From a virus, in the IMG/VR virus record IMGVR_UViG_3300022902_000007: a DNA stretch of 64,000 bases. One strand, given 5' to 3'. Below, in pieces: positions 18,371 through 29,500 of the stretch. A program made the position numbers and the translations under genes. The notes under the pieces are model-generated. The model made no database searches, was not told the DNA's origin, and was given only the letters and a program-made list of their open reading frames with translations. Every line of letters begins with the position of its first letter. The stretch's first letter is position 1.

Positions 18371-21300
18371 CTTTGCATACCCGAGAGACACTCAGTCAGA
18401 TGTCTACACAGCCGCTTCATTTTTGAAGAGGGGTGCCAGCATTGTGCCTGCTGCAGTAGGTATCGGTATTGGTGTGAGAGCAGTACTGAGCAATACTCCA
18501 GAAGCCCTCCAGGGGCTTCCTACCAATCACTTAGGAGATGCTGGAGCTCATGTCGGCGGTGCTGTCAGAAAGATGCATCAGTACAAGACGGACAGAGGAA
18601 ACAAAATAGCCGACGAGATTATCGGAAATCTTAGAGAAGGTCTGAGAGACAAGGGGAATCTGAGGCAAGCTCTGCAGTCTTCCCACGAAGAACTAAATGC
18701 GAAGATATCAGCCATCGTTGCAGCCCTGGATGAGCCCAGTATTGCTGGGGACGGCGGAGAGCTTTTACAAAGGAGGAAGGAAGAGCTTCTGTCACTCATG
18801 AGGGAAGAGGGTGATGCAATAGATCAGAAGGCAGCCCAAATGATTGAGGACACTGTCAAGGATATCTATTCAACTGCAACGGCAGATGGTAAGAGAAGAT
18901 TTGGTGAGCATCTGACAAAGTACGAACGACTCCGTAGTCAGCTCGCTCCTCCAGATTTTGTTCACAAGTCTGGTCAATCGTTCTCGACAATAAGTGATAC
19001 AGCCAGTCTCAGCAGCAGAGCCCGTGGTCAGCTCGATTCACTGTCTGGTATGCTCAGAGGCCAAGGTCGTATTGACGTAGTCAAGCACAGTTCTGGTTCG
19101 ACTTACGCTCGTGTATACGCCTCGGATGCTGCGAATGCTCGACATATCATGGACTATCCTCTTCAGTATAGGACCATGGGTGGGGTTCCAATTATTCATA
19201 CAGGTGAGGGGCTTACGACTCCTCGTGCTGCAGATCTGCTTTACACTTCTGCAAGAAATGTGCAAGAAGCCTTTGGCGGCACAGCCAGGGGGGCAACTGT
19301 CACCCGTCAAATGGTACAGGAGAACTTACTGGGTACTGGAAAAGCCTATGATTACAGAGGCTTGCTCAGAGGAGAACTGAGAAGTCGCTTAGGAGCGGCA
19401 AGGGGGAATTTGTCAGCTGTTGAGAACATGAATGAGTTCTCTCGTCAGTATCTGGCCAACATCGACAAGGCTGCTTTCGGCCGAGGAGCTTTTGCCCAAC
19501 ACCTACAAGCCCAGACCGTAAGGACTCATTCCAGAATGACAATCACTGGCTATGAGCAGGTCTCCAAGTCTACAAGGCAGTCTCAAAGGGCAATGCTGAT
19601 GGCAGCCTCTCCTGAAGCTGAGTTGGCTCCTCATGGCTTTGGAGGAGCACGACCTTTCTTCGATCCTGCCGTTGGTCATGAGTTCACTGTGGACCCTACT
19701 GGTAGAATGTCTGCGCAGGTTGGTATCAGGCAATACAAAGGCACTGGAGCAGCGATTACTCGTATCCGGAATCCCTTCCAGACTCGTGCGATGTATCCAG
19801 CCACCATGCGTATCGATCAGGCTCTGAAGAGAACTGAGTCATTCGTCCCCGGAAACAATGTTCCTTCCACTCTTGGTAGCTCTGGTACTTATAGGCATTT
19901 CGGGCAAAACATCGAATGGGCTGATGACATGGTTCGCGGAGGGCTCAACAAGGTTGCTGTGCTGACTCCGGCGAACATGGCGATAGGTCTCGGAGAAGGA
20001 GAGTTCTACACTGGCGGACGATTCGTCGTCGAGTCTCCGATCACGAAGACTGTCTTTGATCCAGGTTCCATGAAGACCCCATCATCGAAGCTCCTCAATA
20101 GACTTGTCAGCGAGGGACAGATCAGCCTTACAAGCGGAGCAGATATCAATCAGTTCTTTGGCGAGACAAAGGGGTTTCTTGGGCTTGGCGGTTCTGGAGA
20201 AACCTATCTCACAAGGAAGCAGGGCCTAATTGGATTGAATCTGACTGCTACGCCGACACAGATTGGAGACAGAAAGGTGTGGGAGATTGTTGGTAGTGGA
20301 CGCTATCTCGAAGACCCAAAGATGTTTGGGATGCATGCGAAGGCTACCTCTCGGCGTATTGGCGCAGCAGGCTTCGGCCGTGTAAGCGGAATGGTTGGTG
20401 CTGATATACTTGGAGAGACAGGTGCACTCGGACTGGGCCGAAGTGATCTCATTGTCGGCCCTGGCAAGATGTTCAAGAAGGGGGCAGGAGGGCTCATTGA
20501 TCAGATGGCCGGAGCCATGGGACTAATGAAGAAGTTCGCTGGTCCCCAAGCTGCTTATCAGGCAGCCACCCAGGGCATGTATGATCCAGCTACTCAGATG
20601 TTCAACAAGTCTACTCTCAATGCGCTGGCTTCTGGCAACACGGGTGTGGTCCTGATGAAGACTGCTGAAAACGTTGCGAGACAGATGGCTCCTATGCAGG
20701 GGCAGATATCACCGAATGTGATGGGCCGAGTATTTGGGAGTCTTCATAGCTACGGTGGTAAGCATGGTGTCAGTCAAGACGCCCTGATGGGTATGCTTGG
20801 GCAACACTTCTCTGCTGATTACATGGCCAAGCTTGGTCCTGCTGTTCAGCAAGGTATCGGCATAACTCCTACGACTCTGTTCTCTGGGCCGACTCTCGGT
20901 TCTTGGGGCTCCACCAGAGCCTCCATGGAGCCTCGCTTTCTCGGCTTGATGCACAAGACGCTAACTGACAGCTTAGGTATGGACAGAAGCTCTGCCAATG
21001 ACATCCTCGCTGGATTCATGGCAAGGAAACCAGGTGCTGCAGATGCATTGAATGCTGCGAAATCTCTCACCAGAATGCAGGCTACCATCTCTGGTGCAAG
21101 ATCGATGCTGGATGAAGACTTGCTTCAGTCCATGAGGAGGGTCGGAGCTAAAGACTTTGCAATGGCTGGCGGCTCAGATGCGGCCATGGAGAAATTCTTG
21201 AGAAGTGTTGGCAGTGATTTTGTACTGGATTTCAGTGGCAATGAGTTTGTTGAGCGAGCCGCTCGCAAAGCTTTCCACAATAATACTTCGTTATTCATTC

Positions 21301-23546
21301 CTGGATCCGAAGCACTCAATCAGATGAACAAGGCCCTCATTAAAGGCCCCTCTGGCAATGTAGAAATCAAACCAGAATTCATCAGGAGAATGGAACGGCT
21401 CAGTGGTGTAGTCAGAGACCTCATGGGTCTCCAGGCAGGAGCCTCTGCGGATCAGATCTCCAGTCATGTCAGCAATCTCACTGGCTGGGCTCATGGAATG
21501 GATCGACTATACGGACAGACTGTTCACAACCTCGGACGTGGGAAGCTTGCTGGCTCGGCTTATGTCAGAGCACAGTCTCTCGTGTTTGGTGAGAATGGCT
21601 CTGCTGACTTCAACATGGAACAGCTGAAGAGAATGCAACAGCAATACACTGGCGCCAAGGGCCATGCTGTCTTCGTTGACTCTCAAGCGTTTCTGTCCAA
21701 GATGAGAGACTCCATATCAGCAGCTGAGAAGGAACTGCTTGGTGCTGGTGAGTTCACTGGGGGAAGAGCCAGAGGCGGAGCTGTCCGTAAGGCTGGCCTT
21801 GAGTATCGTAACTTCTTCCTCGGCTCAGAGAGAGGGATGAGAATGGGCTCAATGAGTCTCATTCAGCGGCACCCGACGTTGACGAATCCTCACATTGCTC
21901 CAACTCAAGTCTATCGTGTCGCTTCCGAGACTGGAACGACTGATGACATATTCAGGAAGTTCGTGCAGACCAGTGCCGGCAAGAAGGCCCTCGCTGAAGT
22001 ACAAGGCAAGGCTGGACAGGGGATCTCTCTTGGAAGTTTCAGTGACATGGCGAAAGTCTGGCAGACGAGGAATAGAGGAGCACGAATCAAGATCAACAAG
22101 TTCTTCCAGTCCATGGCTTCACACGTTACTGATTTCATGACCGAAGAAGGCGGTGGTAAGGTATTCTTCCCGGAGTTTGACGTCAACATTCACTATGCCG
22201 GCGGGAAACTCGAAGGTGTCAACTTCTCTCCTTGGGCTGCAGCTGGCGGTGACCACGATGCAGACATGGCAGGAATGATCTCTGTATTTTCCAAGAAAGG
22301 CCGGGAGCTCACAGGCTCTCCAGCAGCAAGAGAAAAACTTGCTCGTTCTGTCCACAGACAGACCGCCGAGGGCCTGGTCATGAGGAGTCAGATTAGTGAG
22401 GGTATTGCTCGATATGCTGGGGGACTAAGCTCTACTGCAGCCCTTTCGCCATGGGAGCAAGGGCTTGAGTCTGTCTTGAAAGAACAGGCTGGTAAGGATA
22501 TCGGTAAACTTTCTACGACTCTGGGCGCTGTTCGGCAAGGGATCTGGGCTGAAGCCAAGCCAGGCCAAGAACTCATGGCAAGACAAGCAGTCGCGTTTCT
22601 TGGTGGCGCCGAGGAAGCTACACAGATTGCCTCCAAGCACTTGAGTCGTGCTCTTGATGTTGGTAGCGTCTTGAAGGCCACACTCGATCACGCAATGCAA
22701 ACTGGAGAGATTGACAAGTTTGAAAGTCTTGTCAGGAACGTGCTACTCAAAGGCAGTCCTATTCTCGGAGAAGGAATTAGTATTGAAGGTGTCACTGCTG
22801 GGAAGGCTGGCGATATCTCTGCTCGCATGGCAGCAACAGCTGAAAGGAATCTGTCTGGCCAAGCCATTGGGTTCGGCGAAGAGTCCATTGATTTGATTCG
22901 TCGTGCTGCTGTTAGAGCTCAGCAAGAGGGATACAAGGCATCTGTCACGGCGAGGGGTATCGAGTCAGTGGTCGGTAGGCATTCTCCGCAGGCTCAAGTT
23001 GCTGCTGACGCTTTGAGAAATGACTGGAGGCTCATGGCAGCAATGGGTCCGCAGGCGGGGATAGAAGCTGTTGGAGAATTCGCGAGGCAGGTAGGGAATA
23101 GGATCAGTACCTTCAGTAGAGCCATGGACAAGCGTTTCCTCGGGCCTGCTATAGTTGGTATTGGTGCTGCAGTGGGTCTTGGGGCAATGGTCGGGAGTCC
23201 AGGTTACTCTGCTGAGCCATTGATTGCCCCGGGAGAGGTGGTCACTCCGAGAGTCAAAGATGCCGTTGCAGCTGGTAGCCTATTTGATCAAAGTGTCAAG
23301 GCTCCGATGGCAGAGAACTTTGCTTCAAGTGATCGGCTCAACATTACGGATCGTCCAATTAATCCAGGTACTGCATACTTTGAAAGACGAAACGCTTATC
23401 AAATCAGAGGTGGATTGAGGAATCGTTCTGCAATTGGTGAAGTCAGTAATTTCATTAGTGGTATCGGTGGCTCTGCTTCGATTAGAATCAATGATACTCG
23501 CAGGCCATTGACTCCGAATTACATTGACCGAATCACTTCAGAGTAA
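18357..23546 (+). CDS. putative virion-associated single-chain two-barrel DNA-dependent RNA polymerase (1729 aa)
   Basis: Collinear beta-like motifs (RAMYPATMRIDQAL, GGLNKVAVLTP..GEG, KMFGMHAK, DLIVGP, GSTRASME) followed by beta'-like motifs (HNLGRGKLAGSAY, IQRHPTL, GGDHDADM, bridge-helix-like LKEQAGKDIGKLSTTL, trigger-loop-like GAEEATQIASKH). Confidence 0.75.
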   Translation: MPSNNFAYPRDTQSDVYTAASFLKRGASIVPAAVGIGIGVRAVLSNTPEALQGLPTNHLGDAGAHVGGAVRKMHQYKTDRGNKIADEIIGNLREGLRDKGNLRQALQSSHEELNAKISAIVAALDEPSIAGDGGELLQRRKEELLSLMREEGDAIDQKAAQMIEDTVKDIYSTATADGKRRFGEHLTKYERLRSQLAPPDFVHKSGQSFSTISDTASLSSRARGQLDSLSGMLRGQGRIDVVKHSSGSTYARVYASDAANARHIMDYPLQYRTMGGVPIIHTGEGLTTPRAADLLYTSARNVQEAFGGTARGATVTRQMVQENLLGTGKAYDYRGLLRGELRSRLGAARGNLSAVENMNEFSRQYLANIDKAAFGRGAFAQHLQAQTVRTHSRMTITGYEQVSKSTRQSQRAMLMAASPEAELAPHGFGGARPFFDPAVGHEFTVDPTGRMSAQVGIRQYKGTGAAITRIRNPFQTRAMYPATMRIDQALKRTESFVPGNNVPSTLGSSGTYRHFGQNIEWADDMVRGGLNKVAVLTPANMAIGLGEGEFYTGGRFVVESPITKTVFDPGSMKTPSSKLLNRLVSEGQISLTSGADINQFFGETKGFLGLGGSGETYLTRKQGLIGLNLTATPTQIGDRKVWEIVGSGRYLEDPKMFGMHAKATSRRIGAAGFGRVSGMVGADILGETGALGLGRSDLIVGPGKMFKKGAGGLIDQMAGAMGLMKKFAGPQAAYQAATQGMYDPATQMFNKSTLNALASGNTGVVLMKTAENVARQMAPMQGQISPNVMGRVFGSLHSYGGKHGVSQDALMGMLGQHFSADYMAKLGPAVQQGIGITPTTLFSGPTLGSWGSTRASMEPRFLGLMHKTLTDSLGMDRSSANDILAGFMARKPGAADALNAAKSLTRMQATISGARSMLDEDLLQSMRRVGAKDFAMAGGSDAAMEKFLRSVGSDFVLDFSGNEFVERAARKAFHNNTSLFIPGSEALNQMNKALIKGPSGNVEIKPEFIRRMERLSGVVRDLMGLQAGASADQISSHVSNLTGWAHGMDRLYGQTVHNLGRGKLAGSAYVRAQSLVFGENGSADFNMEQLKRMQQQYTGAKGHAVFVDSQAFLSKMRDSISAAEKELLGAGEFTGGRARGGAVRKAGLEYRNFFLGSERGMRMGSMSLIQRHPTLTNPHIAPTQVYRVASETGTTDDIFRKFVQTSAGKKALAEVQGKAGQGISLGSFSDMAKVWQTRNRGARIKINKFFQSMASHVTDFMTEEGGGKVFFPEFDVNIHYAGGKLEGVNFSPWAAAGGDHDADMAGMISVFSKKGRELTGSPAAREKLARSVHRQTAEGLVMRSQISEGIARYAGGLSSTAALSPWEQGLESVLKEQAGKDIGKLSTTLGAVRQGIWAEAKPGQELMARQAVAFLGGAEEATQIASKHLSRALDVGSVLKATLDHAMQTGEIDKFESLVRNVLLKGSPILGEGISIEGVTAGKAGDISARMAATAERNLSGQAIGFGEESIDLIRRAAVRAQQEGYKASVTARGIESVVGRHSPQAQVAADALRNDWRLMAAMGPQAGIEAVGEFARQVGNRISTFSRAMDKRFLGPAIVGIGAAVGLGAMVGSPGYSAEPLIAPGEVVTPRVKDAVAAGSLFDQSVKAPMAENFASSDRLNITDRPINPGTAYFERRNAYQIRGGLRNRSAIGEVSNFISGIGGSASIRINDTRRPLTPNYIDRITSE

Positions 23547-23549
23547 TAT

Positions 23550-26500
23550 ATGACGCTTCCAATCGCCGGGGCAGTAGTTCTTCCTCGGGACATTTTTCGT
23601 GTTAACGATATAAATCTTTCCATTCCTCCCAGTCAGATCTCTGTCAGGAAGGAAGACCTCATTTGGTCATGGAAGACCCTGCGCACCAAGGCATCTACCA
23701 AGGTACCGAGTGGGCATGGAATGGTTCAGGCGTCTCTGTCAATCTATTTCACTCCAGACCTCTTGCTGGACTTGATAAGGCTGATAGTTCAGTTTAGGCA
23801 TTCTCCGTTCTGCTGGGTCGAGAATGAGTACCTGAGACAATCAATATGTCCTCACTGGCCCCTGTATCAGTCAATGGCTTTCACAATGTCGTCGATCCAT
23901 GTAGCCCCCTTTCGGGGGCATCCTGGGACTTTCATTTGTGAGATAGACCTCCGCTGGTTCAATTACTTCCCATATGCTTTCAACTATCTGTTCAGAAGAG
24001 AATGGCTCACTGAGCCTCTGAAGAATCAGAGCAACAATGTTCAGTTGTCCATTCCGACATATGGCAGAGTCGAAGGAATCGACCTTCCTGTCACTCAGAC
24101 AATCATCACGAGTCCTCAAGATCTCGCGAACGCAATAGAAGAGTATGATGTAATCTCTGGTGCAAAGAGAGATATTGTAGCAGGCTCCACAGTCCAAGAC
24201 ATGGAAGCACGGCATGGCGGCGTTGTCTTTGACAACATGCCTCTCCCGAATAGAATGGCCAAGTCAGAGGCTGTGCAAGACCCCGCTGCGTCCAACATCT
24301 ATGTCAGGTATATCAATTCTCTCATGCAAAAGAGATTGTGGGAAGGATTCGGTATTGATGCCGCCGGCGACATCATTGATGCTGTGGATGAAAGGTATTG
24401 GAGCAGATTCACTGCTGGTGAAGAACAGCCTTCGAGGACCTTCCGAATCGTCCGCCGCTTGAATGATATCTCACAGCTTCCTGCTGGAGTTGCTGATGAA
24501 TGGATAACCAAGATTCTTGCAACCACGAAGTACACTACATTCACTTGGCACCAGTATCTCTCTGTAGAGTTGCCTCCAAAACTACAGAAAGCAATGAAGG
24601 AGTTCCACACCAAGATAATTGAAGGAGAAGTGAAGAAGTTCCAATGGATGAGAGAAGAGACCCAGAAGACTCTGGATGAATGGGCCAGTAGGAAATACGG
24701 AGCATCGTATTCCTCTGGTGAGATTATTCCTGGAGCAAAGCCTGGAAACGAAGATTCTCTGAACCACTTGCCTTGGTATCCGCCCTGTAAGGCAGCTCCG
24801 GTAACATCAGTATTTACAATCACTCCTCCGTATAGGCTTCACCCAAAGCTCAACAAGTATCTTCCTCACTATGGACTTGATGTGGGTATCGCCGAAGGCA
24901 CTCCGCTGTACGCTACCAATGACGGTATTCTGTATAAGGAGGAATCCGAGGGCGGTGGACTTGGAGTCTACATCGTTCACAATCCACTTGATATGCGGAC
25001 CAGATATTTGCACATGTCTGGTTATGCTGATGAAGTGGAATCTGGAGAGACCGTGTCACGCGGGCAGTTGATTGGCTATTCGGGCAATACTGGCCGTTCC
25101 AGCGGCCCACATCTTCACTTCGAGATGAAGAAGATTTCGACTGGGCAGTTGCAAGACCCATTCATTCTGCTAACGAACCAGAGCTTCTGGAATAGCAATA
25201 CTGATTATCCTGAGGATGTCGAGGCTTCTGACTTCGGTACGGACATAGATACTGATCTGGATATAGATTCTGACGTAGACACCGATGCCCTCGGAAATGA
25301 TGTTCGAGATCCTGATGGCGACAGTCCCAATGTACCGAGTAACTCAGCAGACATAGAGAAAGGTCTTGGAGACGGCGGGGCTATCGGTCTGACAGATGAA
25401 GAGAAGCAGCTCGTAGCTGATACTTACGCTGAACTCATTGATGAGGGCTGGGTCTATTACGAGAAAGATCAGTCGGTAACCAATGTCTGGCAGCGAGCTG
25501 TATCAATAATGGTTGATACGGACTGGCTGCTTGAAAACAAGGAAGCTACTGGAGAGTTACTGTTCAAGGAAGGGGCTATTATTTCTTCCATGGCTGGTTC
25601 TCTGCAGCATGTCATTGCGAGCATCCCAATTCTCGGCCATGAGTTCCCGACTCATCAGCATCTGGGATCAATTGAGCCTAACTACATGATTGAGTTTGCT
25701 CTCCTGGATGACGGAGAGAAGAATACTGGGATCGGTACGATTGGTAAGATGTTAGAGACCATGAGAGCTTCTCTCCAGGAGAACGCTCGCACATTCAGAA
25801 TCATACCTGACTGCTGGACTCTTGCTACAGACCATTTCATCACTCGTCTCTTCGGTAGTTATTCGGAGACAGACATTCTGTTGGATGACGAAAATGGGCA
25901 AACAGAAATCAAGAAACGCTCAGCTATCTCTGCGTCTCAGACAGAGACGAAGCAGGGTAACCCCGGCTTGTCTGCGATGGTTTTTGAATTCTCGGAGACC
26001 AATCCTTACGAGACTGAGTTCATAGTAGCTGAGCCCAGCCTTGTAGACGATATAGAAGACAGAAGAAAAGAAGTACTCCATGCCTTGTATGACATGTCAC
26101 TATCGGATCCGGGCAAGACTGCAGCTATCCTCGCAATGGGGGAGATGCTCAGTGTAGACGAAATCGATTCATTCAGGCAGAATGATGAGTGGAAAGCAGC
26201 TAATGGAAGAGTGGGTGGAAAAGATCAGTCAGTAGTCACTTTCGACAATTTCTCTGTGGCCGCTGACCCGATGCTGCTGACAGCCGGAGCTGTAGGTCTG
26301 CCTCCATCGTCAACTGACCAGGTAGATCCTGTGCAAGCACTTATCGCCCAAGCTGCTGGGATCGGCACAATCGGTTATCAGGAACACCTGGACCTGATAG
26401 ACATAGATACTGCTTTGAGGAATTCTCCTGAGCTTGATCCTCTGTATGCAGAGGGAGCTGGTTTCGTTTCCGAGACACGGAACGGTGACTTCTATTTCAA

Positions 26501-29500
26501 AGCAGGAGAATATCCATCTACTACAGCTTATGATGCCACTGAGTTCTATAGACTCTATCCAGAGCTGGAAGGTGTGGATCTCGACGAATTGGCTGGGCTT
26601 TACAGTATCCTTCGGTCGCTCCTCAGAGCTACTCGCAGAATGCTGGTTGATGAGGGTGTCCCGAATGCTCATGGCGCTGATGAAGTCTGGAAGAGACTCT
26701 ATGAGATGCCAGACAAAGCTGCGGTCAAGCCTCAGATGTATTCCCAGTTCGTTTACTACCTCGCTCAATTGCTTGGAGGAGATACTGGAATTGAACGTCT
26801 TCATCTTGCAGGTATTGGAGACCGATATATCGATCTCGATGCGATCTCACAAGAAGACAAAGAAGAGCTCAGAGAAAGAGAGCTATTGAACTCAATGAAG
26901 AGTGGTATCTGGCAGCTCTGCTTTGACGCTCCAACTCAGTTGTTCTTGCACACTCTGGCTGCTTATTCATTCTTCAATGATGCTGGTATTCAGGTGCTGT
27001 CTGGTACTGATATTGGAGACATCCAGTGGGGGCAGCTGAACAAGAATCTCAAGCTCTCCTATCAGAGTGAGAAGGCCCAGGATGCTGTTGACGAGTATGT
27101 ATGGCTGCTTCCAATAGACGCCTCAGTTCCTGAACAACTTGCCAATTCGTTCCCCTTGTTGGGAGATGTGGTTTCTCGTGGCGGCGATCTAAGTCAGTCC
27201 TTCGGACTGCATGCGTCTTTCGACAAGTTCCTTCTCTCAAGCTGGCTGATCCATGCAAGGACTTCGGCATTCTGGCCAGAGATAATGAAAGCCAACAGAG
27301 GGAACATCCAGGCATACCAGACGTTGGTTGGAGCTGCAGAACGAGCCTTCCCAGATGACCCAAAAGTTCAAGCTGCTATCGAGCAGGCTGGCAAAGAGGC
27401 CAGCAGTGTGAAATGGACTGCTGATGCCCCTGGGGAAAGCAAAACACAAGAGATCTCAGAAGCCTACAAGGCTGCCGCCGAAGCTGTCATCGAAGCACTC
27501 CCTCAGTCTCACATCAGGTTCCCCTGCAGCACTTCCATAGAGTCCAACAAAATATCTTGGTTGAAGAAGCTGTACCAGACTCTTGCCGACAGAATCTTGG
27601 AAAGTCCTCGACTTCTCGCATTGTTCGGGCTTGAAGATCTCCTGAACTTTGATGCTGGTAGTCAACATCGTGGATCTGAATGCTACCCCGATCTTGACCT
27701 GCCCAAGCATCCTTACTATCCAGAAAACTTCAATGCCACCTCTCCTGATTTCTACATGTGGAACATGTACGAAGATGGCCCTGGTGCTCTAACACAGGAG
27801 ATGTTGCAGGTTGTAAGTGAGCAAGCTACTCAAGCAATTCAGGGCCCTTACGAGCATTTGAAAAGCATGATGGGGAACGGCATCAAGCCGTTTGCAGAGA
27901 GAGATGAATGGCTGACTGTATATGGTGATGACGGCTCTTCTGAACTTACGCCAAGACTTTCAGCATTACGGGCTTCATGGGAGGGATCTGATGAGAACCT
28001 CGTCAAGATGGGGTCTGAATACATCAGTATGCGAGAGATGCAGGCAGCTTTCCCAGACCCTGAAGCTCTGGAAGAATGGAGATCGAGGGGCGACGACGGG
28101 CTGAGGGAGCTTGGGAACAAGGTCAAGTCTTTGAAGGGCACTGCCCAGAGTGTAGAGGCTGTTGATACAGCTATCGGAATGCCTGGAATCAACGACCCAA
28201 AAAGTGATGAATACACGCAGGCCTATTCATTGGAGAACCTGTACAAGACCCTGGTTGATTTGCAACAGGATATCAGGCCTCTCTCTCCTCTCCTCTCTGC
28301 TTTTGATGGTAATCCGCAGTACACTCAGATTCCAAGAGCTGACCTCGACACTTACAAGGACCTCGTAAAGAAGGTCCAAGAGACAAAGACATTCTTTGGT
28401 TCACGAGCTGGTTATCTCGGCGACCGCATCACCAAGGACACAGCCAAGCTGATCACGGATTCTACTACAGACACTCGTGTAGCAGCGTTAGATGCTTACA
28501 CCCATGCTTTCGACCCAGCTTCTCTTTTGAGGCTTGCTCAGGATTCAGCTGCTGACATTCTCTCAGAGAAGATGACTCTACGTAGAGCATATCCTACTTT
28601 CAAGCTGATGTTTGTTGAAGAGGACGAGTTCGAAAGTCGCTGGCTGAACTTTGATGACTTCCACTCTTACAACTCTGTTAAGGAATTTACCATTGTAAGA
28701 AGTCGTGACATGGCTGCCTCTACGGCTCATATCACTCTTCAGAATGTATCTGGAACTCTGGATGGCACCAAGCGAAACGTAATCACTGATTTGGACTATT
28801 TCCAAGAAGCAGAGATAGAGCAGATTGAAGGTGACGCCAAGTATACGATGATGGATGCTCGATCAGAGTCTGCACCAAGAATTGATTCATCTCAAGACCA
28901 GCCGTTTGGAGCCCTGGTCCTTAGGCCAGGGCTGAATGTCCAACTCCGAGTAGGATTCAGCAATGATCCTGGGATGCTCGAAGTGATGCTCTCTGGCCGA
29001 GTCACAGATGTAACCTGGTCTACTAATGGAGACATGGCCGAGATAGTGGTTCAGTCTTTCGGGACCGAGCTCGTACAGGCCCTCAAGGGCAGAGATGAGT
29101 TCTATGACCAAAACGGCGAGCCTAACGCCGAACAGGAGATTTACGAGACTACCCATAAACTGCTGGGGTCAATGATGCTGAGTCCTGAACTCAGACATTT
29201 CGGTAGATGGGAATGGGGCCAGCTTTATCAGTACGGCGAATCCAAAGATTCGCGTCTTGATTTCTATGACTATGCGAGGGATTCTTTCCTGAACAAGTTC
29301 AAGGTGATGACTGGCGTTTCCAGATGGATTGCTCGTCACCCTGTGCTTACATGTGTGTCTGCTATTGGCTTGGCAGCGTTGGCGACCTTTACTCCGATCA
29401 GGGGTGGGGCCGGCTTCCTATCAAAAGGGTTAGCTGGATTCGGAAGGGTCGGCAGGTGGATCGGCCTTGGAAGAGCTGCTGCAACTGTTTCTGATGACGC

